Source: Elusimicrobia bacterium RIFCSPLOWO2_02_FULL_39_32 | GTDB taxonomy: Bacteria > Elusimicrobiota > Elusimicrobia > 2-02-FULL-39-32 | Assembly: GCA_001800135.1 (NCBI GenBank) | Contig: MGUU01000024.1 | Location: 31,844 to 95,843, forward strand | Length of the DNA: 64,000 nucleotides | Reading direction: 5' to 3' | Part shown: positions 43,201 through 47,888 of the stretch, piece after piece | Layout: each line of letters opens with the position of its first letter | Numbering within the stretch: position 1 is the first letter of the stretch | Translations under genes and position numbers: made by a program | The notes under the pieces: model-generated | Told to the model about the DNA's origin: nothing | Seen by the model: the letters and a program-made list of their open reading frames with translations, nothing else | Databases searched by the model: none

Positions 43201-43571
43201 AACTTGAAAAATTTACGACCACTATTAAAAAATTAACTAATCTCTTTGAAGAAAAGCAAATTGAACTTTTAGTGGTCGCAGAGAGTCCTTCCATAAAAGA
43301 GCAGGAGATAAAAGGTAAGTTAATTCAAAGAGGAATTGAAAATTTAAAGTTTAGAGTTCTAATACAGCCTAAGAATAATGGCAAGTTTGATTTTCAAGAA
43401 TTAATTGACGCCTATGGATTGTTCAACACCTCTTTAATTCTCTTAAGCGGAGCAAATGAGTGGAATTTAGACCATGTTCTTAAAGAGATTATTCGGATAG
43501 AGACTGAATCAGTTACAAATATCTTAAATATGGAGATAGAAAAGATTAAACTCATCACCTATTCTGCATAG
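25296..43571 (+). CDS. Giant (6091 aa) multidomain membrane protein with signal peptide
   Basis: Single 18276-bp ORF; Sec-type signal; metallophosphoesterase, kinase-like, His kinase, Fis HTH, duplicated Rossmann-like, HEAT, caspase-like, SAM-MTase, GNAT-like and repeat regions plus three multi-TM modules. Confidence 0.9.
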   Translation: MKKMFSLVLAASLLFSMAAPSFAQAKIYERQRVDQLRALSQFTKNPLALVVQHLAEKLVQNPKQFHLFYEQYIHELETISKKENEFKVPFKSLANRFLFATPIFSVRDEKIYVLAAIRGKHFQTNLALIFSKDGNFESKVEKDFEIKKLLTENEFKVNENWELKDIRRGLSLWPNFLVEPQKEGSKLNFKPNQLIADLHAKSPFKKQDRIKKKSFEPWVKAASILLVLNLTTLLTQGCVSVITEQSSMSVASFPFMNLYFTAIALILLNLYSLITKHQNYFPAFVFYPYFSVKKVRLPDWLFLSNLIPGKGNEPEGKSAQLNEIRASDGESELEPAPQTKINTKHITDGFNKVRLMDVTGVERLGVMGDVQANYLQMLNALEKSGFIDSKGDWIAGSAVLIFDGDLIDGGPNPWEVLQFVYSLQNKASAQGGKVIAVMGNHEYMFLNSVEGRDRYARELIWTHWLSDDNAMTGLNTLKKLLGREHLDSNWEKDSHAELGYAVQNREELLREIHERYPELNNILRWMQHSMPYAVRINENVLAAHAAPDFYARTFEEIASSARGELMTIQDREWVSNSQRVREWMKRLGFEYFVYGHTCQTPIGVGKNGGIQGKVSQIMPKIYNINTTPRQAAEGGAAAVLEFLFDRNLAHTVKVTYGENEFGLEDEIFEHYSVKVYRAFMEAAEKIGAKGLLDFITKNINHKNMVRQSSEGQVYKIEGLEDYELHLPPDIKFDDFKPVQDPFPKSNFGQAVAQLGSVTIHKRLFGVPYSVSSLSFEESPTLDSLYEKHLEIAAGMAQSAYDNLAIDLKNIQDAGYTLDLTNSNNIFIDPEHSRFQPHQLILEKDDSLTHASRLAACLLNHEFAAEKYNGKDPRIFYWRRLILEKSLIAAQTSGLIFSNEDYQNHALFNFDSEMELAFEWAGLKGEWPKVQSRMMEKVEVQKIFSDYPSTLPKKGLVLSSRQRAGLRGFEEIFYSALLVGGIGEIWNHLFWAAPTIGYLIGSVISLLLFMKTHKKPIYLTSEGVLTHAPPLGMDEEAAQLRAKKILFLIAVTLRSIYLLTLYLSPFGNIIDLILATIAAIVAHGFIYNSKLAPRYYWPLAMASPTKRTEFKSEQDRERSEIAARSIKHGSWNELSIKLSVLYKAMTQLDEPDRLSLETGDHLQGLRDRLDLYAERVSLQFQDHELLEYREVLEILIGFLKNEIGPRLNNKALISLSNHSTLQVYHTRSIEIIEDLISFIDGNIEERKTTFGIKEVIEEAFENVFNESFRERYAKRGNEITLEFESFENNLIESAGDRRKILNVFRTLFMNTRQVWQERLQAEAKDNVPPPLSLELSVKLRWVGDKPILEIIDNAGGFQNDGLLDVPESQEPDRQKMFFLNVSERKGGSGLGLAEVWHLIKLHSIKDQPAWIHASNLSDHKSRKKGAKFTIFLPELIVKTESKSEDTPDDPNIKILNKHNWILSKARRELGLKLAGRGGGYFRFFKEKGLLRELKKKIIERLIEHHWNFIKTAQSLGINEITLRNFRKELKIKTSRKIKNSAAKVRSENNPIIFESSMISDEELLSRKPSLKPTVKKKNQFIQGLDIFADMVLADMRRNGVTPEDFIKEAEKYALVRMEILSRLNRKDRKFFAQYTDNKELELIFKAMETAETYLGNSYKNYFVGIIKDYFEKGSSFIFEDFCRLDLWFKQNDEWYKNLFDIPMDYRPRENDIGALFEELTGFSLESIHDRDGVLSIPYLYYAMQVRKSVNPEHKPLVAVYGGAGADISTFLLSTDASTGYFVTQNQVDAEQLKSMMEQWDSITFDDDYAKDKRLYGFGNGGTLDKRKGAIYKAIVQELKTIGVRKESVRIENKDGHTKIILDWVYPGTNQPRTYSITYIKQRLQKIGSPETTDPLLNSALEKGIDIYYQKAVQDTNNLWGQFLPRVAKAIRVGGASITDDYQSISGIHNPEPFLNTESHHFVSLKQNSSKKIFDWWKKIIPSKSNYGWDVTIRIKKEQPQQQLITAVAKAKDRTSGVKAEDLPLVALADLVATDMVRAHIPPEKFAEKAEEYTIARIYALSKMDPKWLEEARDFTITKNLKLIYTLLQTATINWGAEPQVQLAGLIKAYFKSKDFKALLPQFKKEYDHVPSNFSQWLNKNKKIVLSKRFKKGELSKIVSRITGFNPEIIKDRTSVLLLPFVHYAMSVCEIVNPDHKDLVGLYGGAGADISSFLLSTDAGTGYFVTNNSVDVHKLQSYLREWDSKTVESDYTDQEYTYKKRLRGFGEGAFLQNSPENIYWAIAAELKSMGVELNAIEVELDQGDTKLSFNWAHPVTNKNRKYTIFYINSNVESIGNGTGDNNLLNKILDSGIDFYYEKAGMNIHKSWGKFLPRIAEAIKLDGMVIICDFDGDERPIDSMPHLQKLGSKFTSWGESLSMRWWRMFIPSHSGYGWEVKIRKKIRNSIAIQFDTTEWDSELLEFYKLGEIEKLQKIVLEESGLRRMGQAMKAFEYFLQEDLSTDFGKTLFSSIHEINSKKPLAISQSLVSVLEDVLRRGKLSDINSEQVIKLLMWIMMQQPHLISESIRETLEILLERKNLSSLEFNAIENLISLAIAKKRPDRISSLFVFAAVNILNTDNIFWDRPSKWFKKSRRDSLFYSSACDILKTIAKHRPELIFDPMIVRALERVFSYDELEPYVVSAAAQAIEAIFQIHPDFINANTLSVLNSFIHTAKRKKLESYATRHINHAILEIIKKRGNLLFNPDLLSTQEEILRTNGHEDEVYKSAAEFIDIIAENRSSSIQVSTVESLIQSLQRKQYVEAHFVGKDESTTNYGMVLGALMRILKSRPDLVELERLVEAVCKFLKNSERLYPVGFSILKQITLKAPAILQSNHIKILEKHARRLLGKETAHYSQFLKPIADCFKEVSRARADLIQLSTVSLLFNLLKIKDLRKETYMAVLDTFKNLIQKRPEFNKEIFFALEYLMMQKRHEAEEYRYAARLMKKIIKAEPKLENGSVLYPIIKILPEKILGHPFHHWRIYTDNYFRAWMEKVQSNSEAYSVSNAVYELLTFSNLRLSKQNIKKGLDLILILRSVLSVPHPDNLMYGPNVTAINILHQDEEYRKERMETVQILARVKPEQIKTFKGFEQKENALEAIRQSKGPTTIYIHAHGDGEGFSLDSKEVSSQNTANDQKRPIDEPYSISHRELVDTLLERGNLSEVKIIFDCCYPRDLSRTFISYLTERCVSDPDIRAGSPFIITANGEGRFIYTGIFAEGLRSVQKAGRSLYVDDIFKAEDVMFEYEDPIILLPIGSSLFEYMQSKIPKILYSPLLNIGAIFGKKHKDTAHYWEWVYQTPVLSIFSNAIARMVGKKLGVKRIEDHLGEAPYSKTISLISSLVLISSFLTGHNLIIIAASVLWSLASGYVFSGAHKGRESFNLQVVGSILAGVTIAPAILFSLTLNWLGLELPFVVSAITYVFLLVLGMFWNIHLHKEYNENIDEISQWLKKNSPHSFKRFLPSHLSPAIIFSEPSRLKQVEWVKKLHLEENRNLINPMELALADLMDYLDAESFFEEYWWWKNYLSVPESYQFSEDDLTRAFNSYLTELDEADQLIKIDLNGTELDDFKLFLLLNQVEILKSRIKLRWREFGLSHINRVVYQRTGRVFPIDVMISNLNELNPYRDPSESNSIPEELNSLFAKHEDFPHFVERSMISYFGPLSSLQERLQIELKQRILADPALIHKLVRLSSEQFFMLSDPIMDWILNINSERVEITTGHRVLQDGFETEQVTYEGTPYHKIRELLPALNLSSSDTLYDLGSGYGRLPLYTAITTKVGKVKGIEISPERVAESDQVKDQLGLENVEFVQVNIRDYDFSDGTVFYLFNPFNDQTLEIVVNKLKEMAQKKKIRIISWGRSTSYFNQQDWLKLVATVGSGPWPMVLYESMFHSANPEVNVLESKILSQKIIKGILHLESFLDDPDPDVRRMANDVAQRIQAAFMLKEDTPSPSSILEDEELKTAEQSLKSHDEEARCRAVLSLKKHYLAMIAGGKIPDLTLIEERLSDPDFSVRRTAAIALGYLYYMLKKEISQLEKYLEDDEWRRIIGVIALGEIFASNIREGKVLEEDFQKYLLWKANSLPYQEELVTDYLESEEPKSFIDALKRKAEKIIREGFNYNHSQNLWLAFLGIRFNGIHVSWKDYSERMEDVIELDQELPGSFRALFSKTKGLKPIEISHKESKQIDASQVNTQILDEHLQELLEIKERIDSLHWLKDFQGDKDFNLRNLYFIFKREQAIDRGEIKRAGRYRVLYPSEKKLAAELKTDLKLLYKVLFQLAHKKIGNEALRDKCVSLMRDLTLSEALSNRDLASEMMSSNIETRIIAIKNFYEDSIHHLPNHAVGLNAKQIKSLDKSIKELSKAVYAEIKKVIYFETTSNDTYRLIPQGFLSLFRGRSGIIDCSFDRERGFPHTRAMHEDTLYYFVYKGQELKGYVGLMIGIRDDGEKVLTIDTINSPSLNNEEILINLFNELHKVAQELGAIGIALPQNIENAQYFNFENKDVIPKMSLYKNGKKIKLKPVHDESWSVFTEKFGEDRYNSMEAGDFILLDLADLANRETNAVTHLRIKEEMSSFLSNSSKNKEEIENYLTEFKRDGEPLFKRSDIKRILELSWIKLAKRAALLEFLILFQIDNRFVFNGNQIARIMDNAKSPEVIIRTIRFLVQESFSDGAHISSIVSHPRNLKQIKRFINYLVQAAIEDKSHMAQIMSSSMNLKEVKKFIARLYKLGFTNSSHLSQILGSSKELTTINDFVTFLNGLGILDSAQISRIIRRERYLAGIKKVVDTLKAEGILDKFQIRSVVRSTITPAHIKRLLNQIERMGLSEIERRYGKDNQGQLEFYSAIFPEELSKMSLSILYLVLPKAIRNNKRILWTKLSCSYNDAKILTEMNINNRGEIHVANLIFPFQDYKGYEGFTRLISKIRIQSNTLLSKLDPAKYLSSVPDHIRKEMHWYYSPILYLLQDSIHGEEDFTDSSILGAGDKNEETIVLGRMKEVLGENDYHALMELLRNPKRTAQEREKYKGLIRLSRVRIGLETTKRLKAGIIPEVEDWWMKHFPKTPKPVYRLMIAPLFTEGSWLNLAPLLAGELLLQAGLGIVPTGVLTFLLNILVGARFIALHPAGSRAIPIFIVVMNSIALLYFYPFVQWHSKEIVLFNAYLGGIFTHILLNAFQMIMDWASDDNYRNYLSNELDKHKRDIAIGRQRFRSESAISSGLREPNQTHALTQPEMLSQFLSRYPQMERAYSRSFIERHWHAFQSLHLIAGKYADSIFFVALPALSRLVTKNNIKEVGDHLILLGERAGEDYETVYYTLAALKEIITLQNLNSISEETLFLNKSAKGNAGPILSFALYSLREIITPNNFSTVGAELIALHRLGTKNSGAYFWISFLAVSRITTPKNLRSVCLDLFLLDKSAGEDARILFETGFLSIRDMITAENLMKIGLDLIILLRAAKQYKRFLFNNIIPALKVEYGERWNKLNWEDIKNRILKTLEDIHNGVLNTAIFKKNTHDVIQREDVLTYQRNKPIDITDPMVRQLLKNKIEDSAYRTAVLNQFYLSEACEYFDSLVKEDMWNSLGAWKFLKEIYRRFGSLKGKTVIDLYAGPGVGVEQLIRLGSVNAIGIETDPRFVEFAKQFGIPIIHGSLLKEELKTAVEELIGNRKVSLTFSYGLLNNISNRKKRLKILRSISSLTPVGSFSIHGTKHRIPTTNEEFKSAGFRIIEINRERTFVVLFKENEPEDWDAIGFNPLFDDTEKPEDDKEDRNSDKTDESSVNAILSATISALPIFLEPITSSSFYFGQNSWDRLTLETQKSLRRSFGTEPSSNVSISQWLGSRLAIGARINKNPLAIHLLSEKINFARSLLEWKQLDINEIIGNAFTLFRKPNWAFVKTPNMIFQMGGTLFRENSSASNVQSSIEMLARNLNEKAPEVINQKDSIKITVSYHELEKFTTTIKKLTNLFEEKQIELLVVAESPSIKEQEIKGKLIQRGIENLKFRVLIQPKNNGKFDFQELIDAYGLFNTSLILLSGANEWNLDHVLKEIIRIETESVTNILNMEIEKIKLITYSA
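30036..32610 (+). repeat. Tandem duplication of a ~440-aa domain inside the giant gene
   Basis: YGGAGADIS at 30570 and 31896 (26 identical nt, 1326 bp apart); both copies end YGW(D/E)VxIRxK. Confidence 0.9.
39288..39842 (+). repeat. Six ~31-aa helical tandem repeats inside the giant protein
   Basis: Units start FNGNQ, FSDGAH, IEDKSH, FTNSSH, ILDSAQ, ILDKFQ. Confidence 0.8.
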
Positions 43572-43623
43572 GCAGGCTTTATAAACTAAAGTGTTGCTTT
43601 AACGCCTTGAACTTAAGAACGTA

Positions 43624-43670
43624 TAATAATAACACTTGACATTATTAACGCATTGTGTTATTATTAGGGC
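43624..43670 (+). promoter_or_regulatory. higBA promoter with 12-bp inverted-repeat operator
   Basis: TTGACA(43636)-N17-TATTAT(43659); TAATAATAACAC(43624-43635) / GTGTTATTATTA(43655-43666). Confidence 0.75.
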
Positions 43671-43952
43671 GTGATTCGTTCATTCAAAGACAAAGAAGCA
43701 GAAGCTGTATTTCATAGGAAATTTTCTCGTAAACTGCCAGTAGATTTGCAAAGAACCGCGCTGCGAAAGTTGATAATGGTCAATGCGGCAATGGACTTGG
43801 CGGATCTACGAATACCCCCTGCAAATCGCCTAGAAGCTTTAGGAGGAGATCGGAAGGGACAACACAGTATTCGGATCAATCGGCAATGGCGCATTTGCTT
43901 TCGTTGGCAGAACGGACAAGCGGATGATGTAGAAATTGTGGATTACCATTAG
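43671..43952 (+). CDS. higB: HigB (RelE-like) toxin
   Basis: MIRSFKDK, DLRIPPANRLEAL.GDRKGQHSIRINRQWRICF, VEIVDYH. Confidence 0.95.
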   Translation: MIRSFKDKEAEAVFHRKFSRKLPVDLQRTALRKLIMVNAAMDLADLRIPPANRLEALGGDRKGQHSIRINRQWRICFRWQNGQADDVEIVDYH

Positions 43953-43963
43953 GAGATGAAATT

Positions 43964-44278
43964 ATGAAACGAAAAAAGATGAGTCCTGTGCACCCAGGTG
44001 AAATATTAATGGAAGAATTCCTGAAGCCGCTTGAGATCAGCCAATACCGGCTGGCCAAAGATATCAACGTCCCACCGCGCCGAATCAATGAAATTGTCCA
44101 TGGAGCAAGAGCTATTTCGGCAAATACTGCGTTACGACTTAGCTGTTATTTCGGTAATTCAGCTCAATTCTGGCTGAATTTACAAACTCATTTTGAATTA
44201 GAAATAGAGGAAGAACGCTTGTCCCCTCGCCTCGAACAAGAAGTGCACAGATTTTCTTTACCAATACATGCAACCTAG
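43964..44278 (+). CDS. higA: HigA HTH antitoxin
   Basis: PVHPGEILMEEFL, RRINEIVHG, TALRLS.YFG.SAQFWLNLQ. Confidence 0.95.
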   Translation: MKRKKMSPVHPGEILMEEFLKPLEISQYRLAKDINVPPRRINEIVHGARAISANTALRLSCYFGNSAQFWLNLQTHFELEIEEERLSPRLEQEVHRFSLPIHAT

Positions 44279-44372
44279 ATAAAATAGAAAATAGTTTTAT
44301 TTTGATCTAATCGAAATGACTAACCCCGGGGTTTAGCAATAGACATTGACATAACCAAAGCTGCAAGTTTAA

Positions 44373-44401
44373 TTGCAAGAATCCCACTAAAAATCTATAA
44401 T
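44373..44401 (+). promoter_or_regulatory. Sigma70-type promoter for tRNA-Leu/tig
   Basis: TTGCAA-N17-TATAAT. Confidence 0.55.
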
Positions 44402-44477
44402 AATAAATTCCCTTTTTTACAGTTAAAAAGGGAATTTTTACTTATAAAAGGGGAGAAGATTAGAAGCCTCTGTTAAA

Positions 44478-44558
44478 GCCGGGATGGCGGAATGGCAGAC
44501 GCGCTAGCCTTAGGAGCTAGTAGGGAAACCTGTGGAGGTTCGAATCCTCTTCCCGGCA
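44478..44558 (+). tRNA. trnL: tRNA-Leu(TAG)
   Basis: GCCGGGA/TCCCGGC acceptor stem, CTAGC-CT TAG GA-GCTAG anticodon arm, long variable arm, GGTTCGAATCC; CCA not encoded. Confidence 0.95.
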
Positions 44559-44583
44559 TTTTTTAGGAAGGAAAATTAAATTT

Positions 44584-45894
44584 ATGGAACTAACTTTAGA
44601 GAAAATAAAATTTAAAACAAAAGAAGAGAATCCTTGCAAGATCATTTTTGCCGTGCAGATACCTCAAGATCTGGTCAATATAAAAGAAGAAGAGGTGACT
44701 TTGGAATTTAAGAAACAGGCTCAACTTCCGGGTTTTAGGGTGGGGAAGGCGCCCGTGGAGCTGGTGCGCAAAAATTATCTGGAAAAAGTAAAAAGCAGAA
44801 CTCAAGATAAACTCTTATCAGCTTTTGTGCCGCAGATTTTAAAAGAAAAAGAGATCTCCCCTATTGTCACTCCTTTAGCCAGCCAAATAGAATATGACGG
44901 CAATAACAACCTTAGTTTTGAGCTGATTGTAGAGAGGAGCCCAAAGTTTAAGGTAAAAAATTATAAAGGGATCGCGGTAGAAAAAAAGATTAAAAAAATT
45001 AAAGATGAGGATGTGTTAAAGGAATTAGAAAACATGCGGGAAAGAAACGCCCGTCTCGTGCCTTCTTCCGCAAAAACTTTAGAGAAAACTCATTTCGCGG
45101 TGATTGATTATGCGGCTTTCCTAGATGGCAAAGAGATTCCAGATTTAAAATATGAAAATCAACTGATTGATTGTTCTGCCCCGCAGACTGTAGAGGGGCT
45201 GGCAGAAGCTATTTTAGGGCTTAAATCCGGGGAAACAAAAGATGTCCCTTTTCAGTTTCCTAAAGAATATCCGAGGAAAGAACTCTCCGGCAAGTCAGTT
45301 ACTTTTAAAGTAGTTTTAAGGGAAATTAAAGAAAAAGTTTTGCCTGCCATGGATGACGAATTTTCCAAAGACTATGGTTTAAAAACCTTGGCAGAATTAA
45401 AAGAGAAAATGTTAGCGACTATGCAAGGATGGGCGGATACCGCATCCCAGGAGCAAGTAGAAAAAGCTATTTTTGACAAATTGATTCTTGAAAATCCAAT
45501 TTCAGTGCCTGAAAGTTTGGTTTTTTTACAGCTAGAATCTTTAGTGGACCAGGCTTTAAAAAGAGAGTATGGCAAAGCCATGGAAGATGCGTCTTTTAGG
45601 CAAAGTTTAGAGGAGCAAAAAAAGATTTTAAGGGAGAAATTTAAAAACCAAGCTGAGAAGTTAGTGCGGCTCTCTTATTTAATTGATGGGGTTGGCAGGT
45701 CAGAGCATATAGAAACCCTAGAGGAAGATTTTAAAAAAGATAAAGAAAACGCTTTAGAAAAAAATCCAGAGCTTAAAGCGGAAATTGAAAAATATTATGA
45801 GGAAAACCAACAAAATATTTTAGACCAGCTTCACCGTCACAAAATTGTAAAATTTTTAACAGATCAAGCGAAAATTAAAGAAATACAAGAGTAG
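44584..45894 (+). CDS. tig: Trigger factor
   Basis: LPGFRVGKAP ribosome-binding motif, FKBP domain, upstream of clpP. Confidence 0.93.
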   Translation: MELTLEKIKFKTKEENPCKIIFAVQIPQDLVNIKEEEVTLEFKKQAQLPGFRVGKAPVELVRKNYLEKVKSRTQDKLLSAFVPQILKEKEISPIVTPLASQIEYDGNNNLSFELIVERSPKFKVKNYKGIAVEKKIKKIKDEDVLKELENMRERNARLVPSSAKTLEKTHFAVIDYAAFLDGKEIPDLKYENQLIDCSAPQTVEGLAEAILGLKSGETKDVPFQFPKEYPRKELSGKSVTFKVVLREIKEKVLPAMDDEFSKDYGLKTLAELKEKMLATMQGWADTASQEQVEKAIFDKLILENPISVPESLVFLQLESLVDQALKREYGKAMEDASFRQSLEEQKKILREKFKNQAEKLVRLSYLIDGVGRSEHIETLEEDFKKDKENALEKNPELKAEIEKYYEENQQNILDQLHRHKIVKFLTDQAKIKEIQE

Positions 45895-45975
45895 ATACCA
45901 CTTAAGAAACGGCTGCGATCTCTGCCTTGTAGAGCTTTAGCAGCCTTTACAGATAGAATCCCAGGAGGTAATGTT

Positions 45976-46590
45976 ATGCCAGGATTAGTCCCTACGATTA
46001 TAGAGCGTTGGAATCAAGGAGCCGCAGTAGGTTATGACATCTATTCGCGACTCTTAAAGGATCGGATTATCTTTGTTGGAGGTTATGAAGGCGCAGTTAC
46101 CACAGATTCCGCTAATCTGATTATTGCCCAGCTGCTTTATTTGGAAGCGGAAGATCCTGAAAAAGATATTAATCTATACATTAATTCTCCGGGCGGCATG
46201 GTCAGCGCTGGTTTGGCTGTATATGATACCATGCAGTATATCCGACCGCCCATCACCACGATTTGCATGGGTATGGCCATGTCTTTTGGCGCTCTGCTTT
46301 TAGCAGCAGGCACTAAGGGTAGAAGATTTGCTTTGCCTCATTCCAGAATTATGATTCATCAGCCTTTGATTTATGGGGAGGGCATTTCAGGATCTGTTAC
46401 GGATATTGACATTGAAACCAAAGAGTTGGTAAGCACAAAAGCAAAACTTTTAGATATTCTTGCCAGGCATACAGGCCAAACTTTGGAAAAAGTAAAACAG
46501 GACTCAGAAAGGAATTTTTATATGTCTGCTGAAGATGCTAAAGCCTATGGCCTTTTAGATGTAGTGATAGAGACAAGGAAAAAATCTTAA
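45976..46590 (+). CDS. clpP: ATP-dependent Clp protease proteolytic subunit
   Basis: [25 protein letters not shown] catalytic Ser, MIHQP. Confidence 0.97.
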   Translation: MPGLVPTIIERWNQGAAVGYDIYSRLLKDRIIFVGGYEGAVTTDSANLIIAQLLYLEAEDPEKDINLYINSPGGMVSAGLAVYDTMQYIRPPITTICMGMAMSFGALLLAAGTKGRRFALPHSRIMIHQPLIYGEGISGSVTDIDIETKELVSTKAKLLDILARHTGQTLEKVKQDSERNFYMSAEDAKAYGLLDVVIETRKKS

Positions 46591-46594
46591 AAAA

Positions 46595-47884
46595 ATGGTT
46601 GCCCCTAGGGACGGAAAAGAAAATTTTGAGTGCGTCTTTTGCTCTAAATCCAAAAAAGATGGATTAAAGCTGATTGGCGGCAATGGGGTCTATGTTTGCG
46701 AGGAGTGCATTCGCAATTCTTTTGCCCTGCTGCAGAAAATTAGCGATGAAGATGAAAAAAGGACGACTCGCAGCATCCTGAAGCCTGCGGACATAAAAAG
46801 GGCTTTAGATGAATATGTGATTGGCCAGGAACGCGCTAAAAGAATTCTTTCAGTTGCTGTTTATTCTCATTTTCGCAGAATAGAGGCAATGGACCCTAAT
46901 GCTAATGCAAGAAATTCTATTCCTAAATTAGATCCTTATCATGCGATTGAACTGCAAAAATCAAATATTCTTTTAATTGGACCTACTGGCACAGGAAAAA
47001 CTCTTTTGGCTCAAACTCTGGCAAAACTTTTGCACGTTCCTTTTGCTATTGCTGATTCTACCACTTTAACTGAAGCTGGTTATGTGGGTGAAGATGTGGA
47101 GAACATTCTTTTAAGGCTTTTGCAGAATGCGGCTTATGATGTAAAGCGGGCGGAAAAAGGGATTGTCTATATAGATGAGATTGATAAAATTTCCAGAAAA
47201 ACAGATGGCCCTAGCATTACCCGGGATGTTTCCGGCGAAGGGGTACAACAGGCATTGTTAAAAATTTTGGAAGGGACCACAGCCGCTATTCCGCCGCAAG
47301 GAGGCAGAAAACATCCGCAGCAGGAATATATTCAGTTAAACACCACGAATATTCTTTTTATTTGCGGAGGCGCTTTTGAGGGATTAGATAAAATTATAGA
47401 GCAGCGAATAGGCAAAAAAACTTTAGGCTTTGGCGCGGAATTAAAAAAGAAAGAGGAAAAAAGAGCTTATCAACTTTTAAAGCACTTGCAGCCTGAAGAT
47501 CTAATTCGTTACGGCTTAATTCCAGAATTGGTGGGACGTTTGCCTGCCATAGCTTCCTTAGAAGATTTGGATGAAGAAGCTTTAATTAATATTCTTACGT
47601 TGCCAAAAAATGCGATTGTAAAACAGTATAAAAAAATGTTTGCGATTGAAGGGGTAGAGCTCTTTTTTACTCCTGAAGCTTTGCGGGAAGTGGCCAATGT
47701 CAGCCTTACTAGAGGCTCTGGCGCCAGAGGTTTGCGCTCTACTTTAGAAGAGATTTTGTTGGATGTGATGTATGATTTGCCGGAAGATAAAACTCTAAAA
47801 CAGTGCGTTGTGGATTTGCCTAGCGTGCAAAAGAAAAGAGCGCCTTTATTGATCAGAGAAAAAGAATTAAAAGAGAGCGCTTAA
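46595..47884 (+). CDS. clpX: ClpX ATPase
   Basis: N-terminal CxxC..CxxC zinc finger, [23 protein letters not shown] loop, GARGLR. Confidence 0.97.
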   Translation: MVAPRDGKENFECVFCSKSKKDGLKLIGGNGVYVCEECIRNSFALLQKISDEDEKRTTRSILKPADIKRALDEYVIGQERAKRILSVAVYSHFRRIEAMDPNANARNSIPKLDPYHAIELQKSNILLIGPTGTGKTLLAQTLAKLLHVPFAIADSTTLTEAGYVGEDVENILLRLLQNAAYDVKRAEKGIVYIDEIDKISRKTDGPSITRDVSGEGVQQALLKILEGTTAAIPPQGGRKHPQQEYIQLNTTNILFICGGAFEGLDKIIEQRIGKKTLGFGAELKKKEEKRAYQLLKHLQPEDLIRYGLIPELVGRLPAIASLEDLDEEALINILTLPKNAIVKQYKKMFAIEGVELFFTPEALREVANVSLTRGSGARGLRSTLEEILLDVMYDLPEDKTLKQCVVDLPSVQKKRAPLLIREKELKESA

Positions 47885-47888
47885 AGAT

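Noticed and set aside
25296-43571. Intein/Hint, RHS, RTX or DGR features in the giant gene
   Set aside because: No such motifs, reverse transcriptase or adenine-variable repeat pair were recognised
25296-44558. Giant gene + higBA as an integrative element at tRNA-Leu
   Set aside because: The region lies 5' of the tRNA; no integrase or duplicated tRNA 3' end is seen; tRNA-Leu-tig is a common core arrangement
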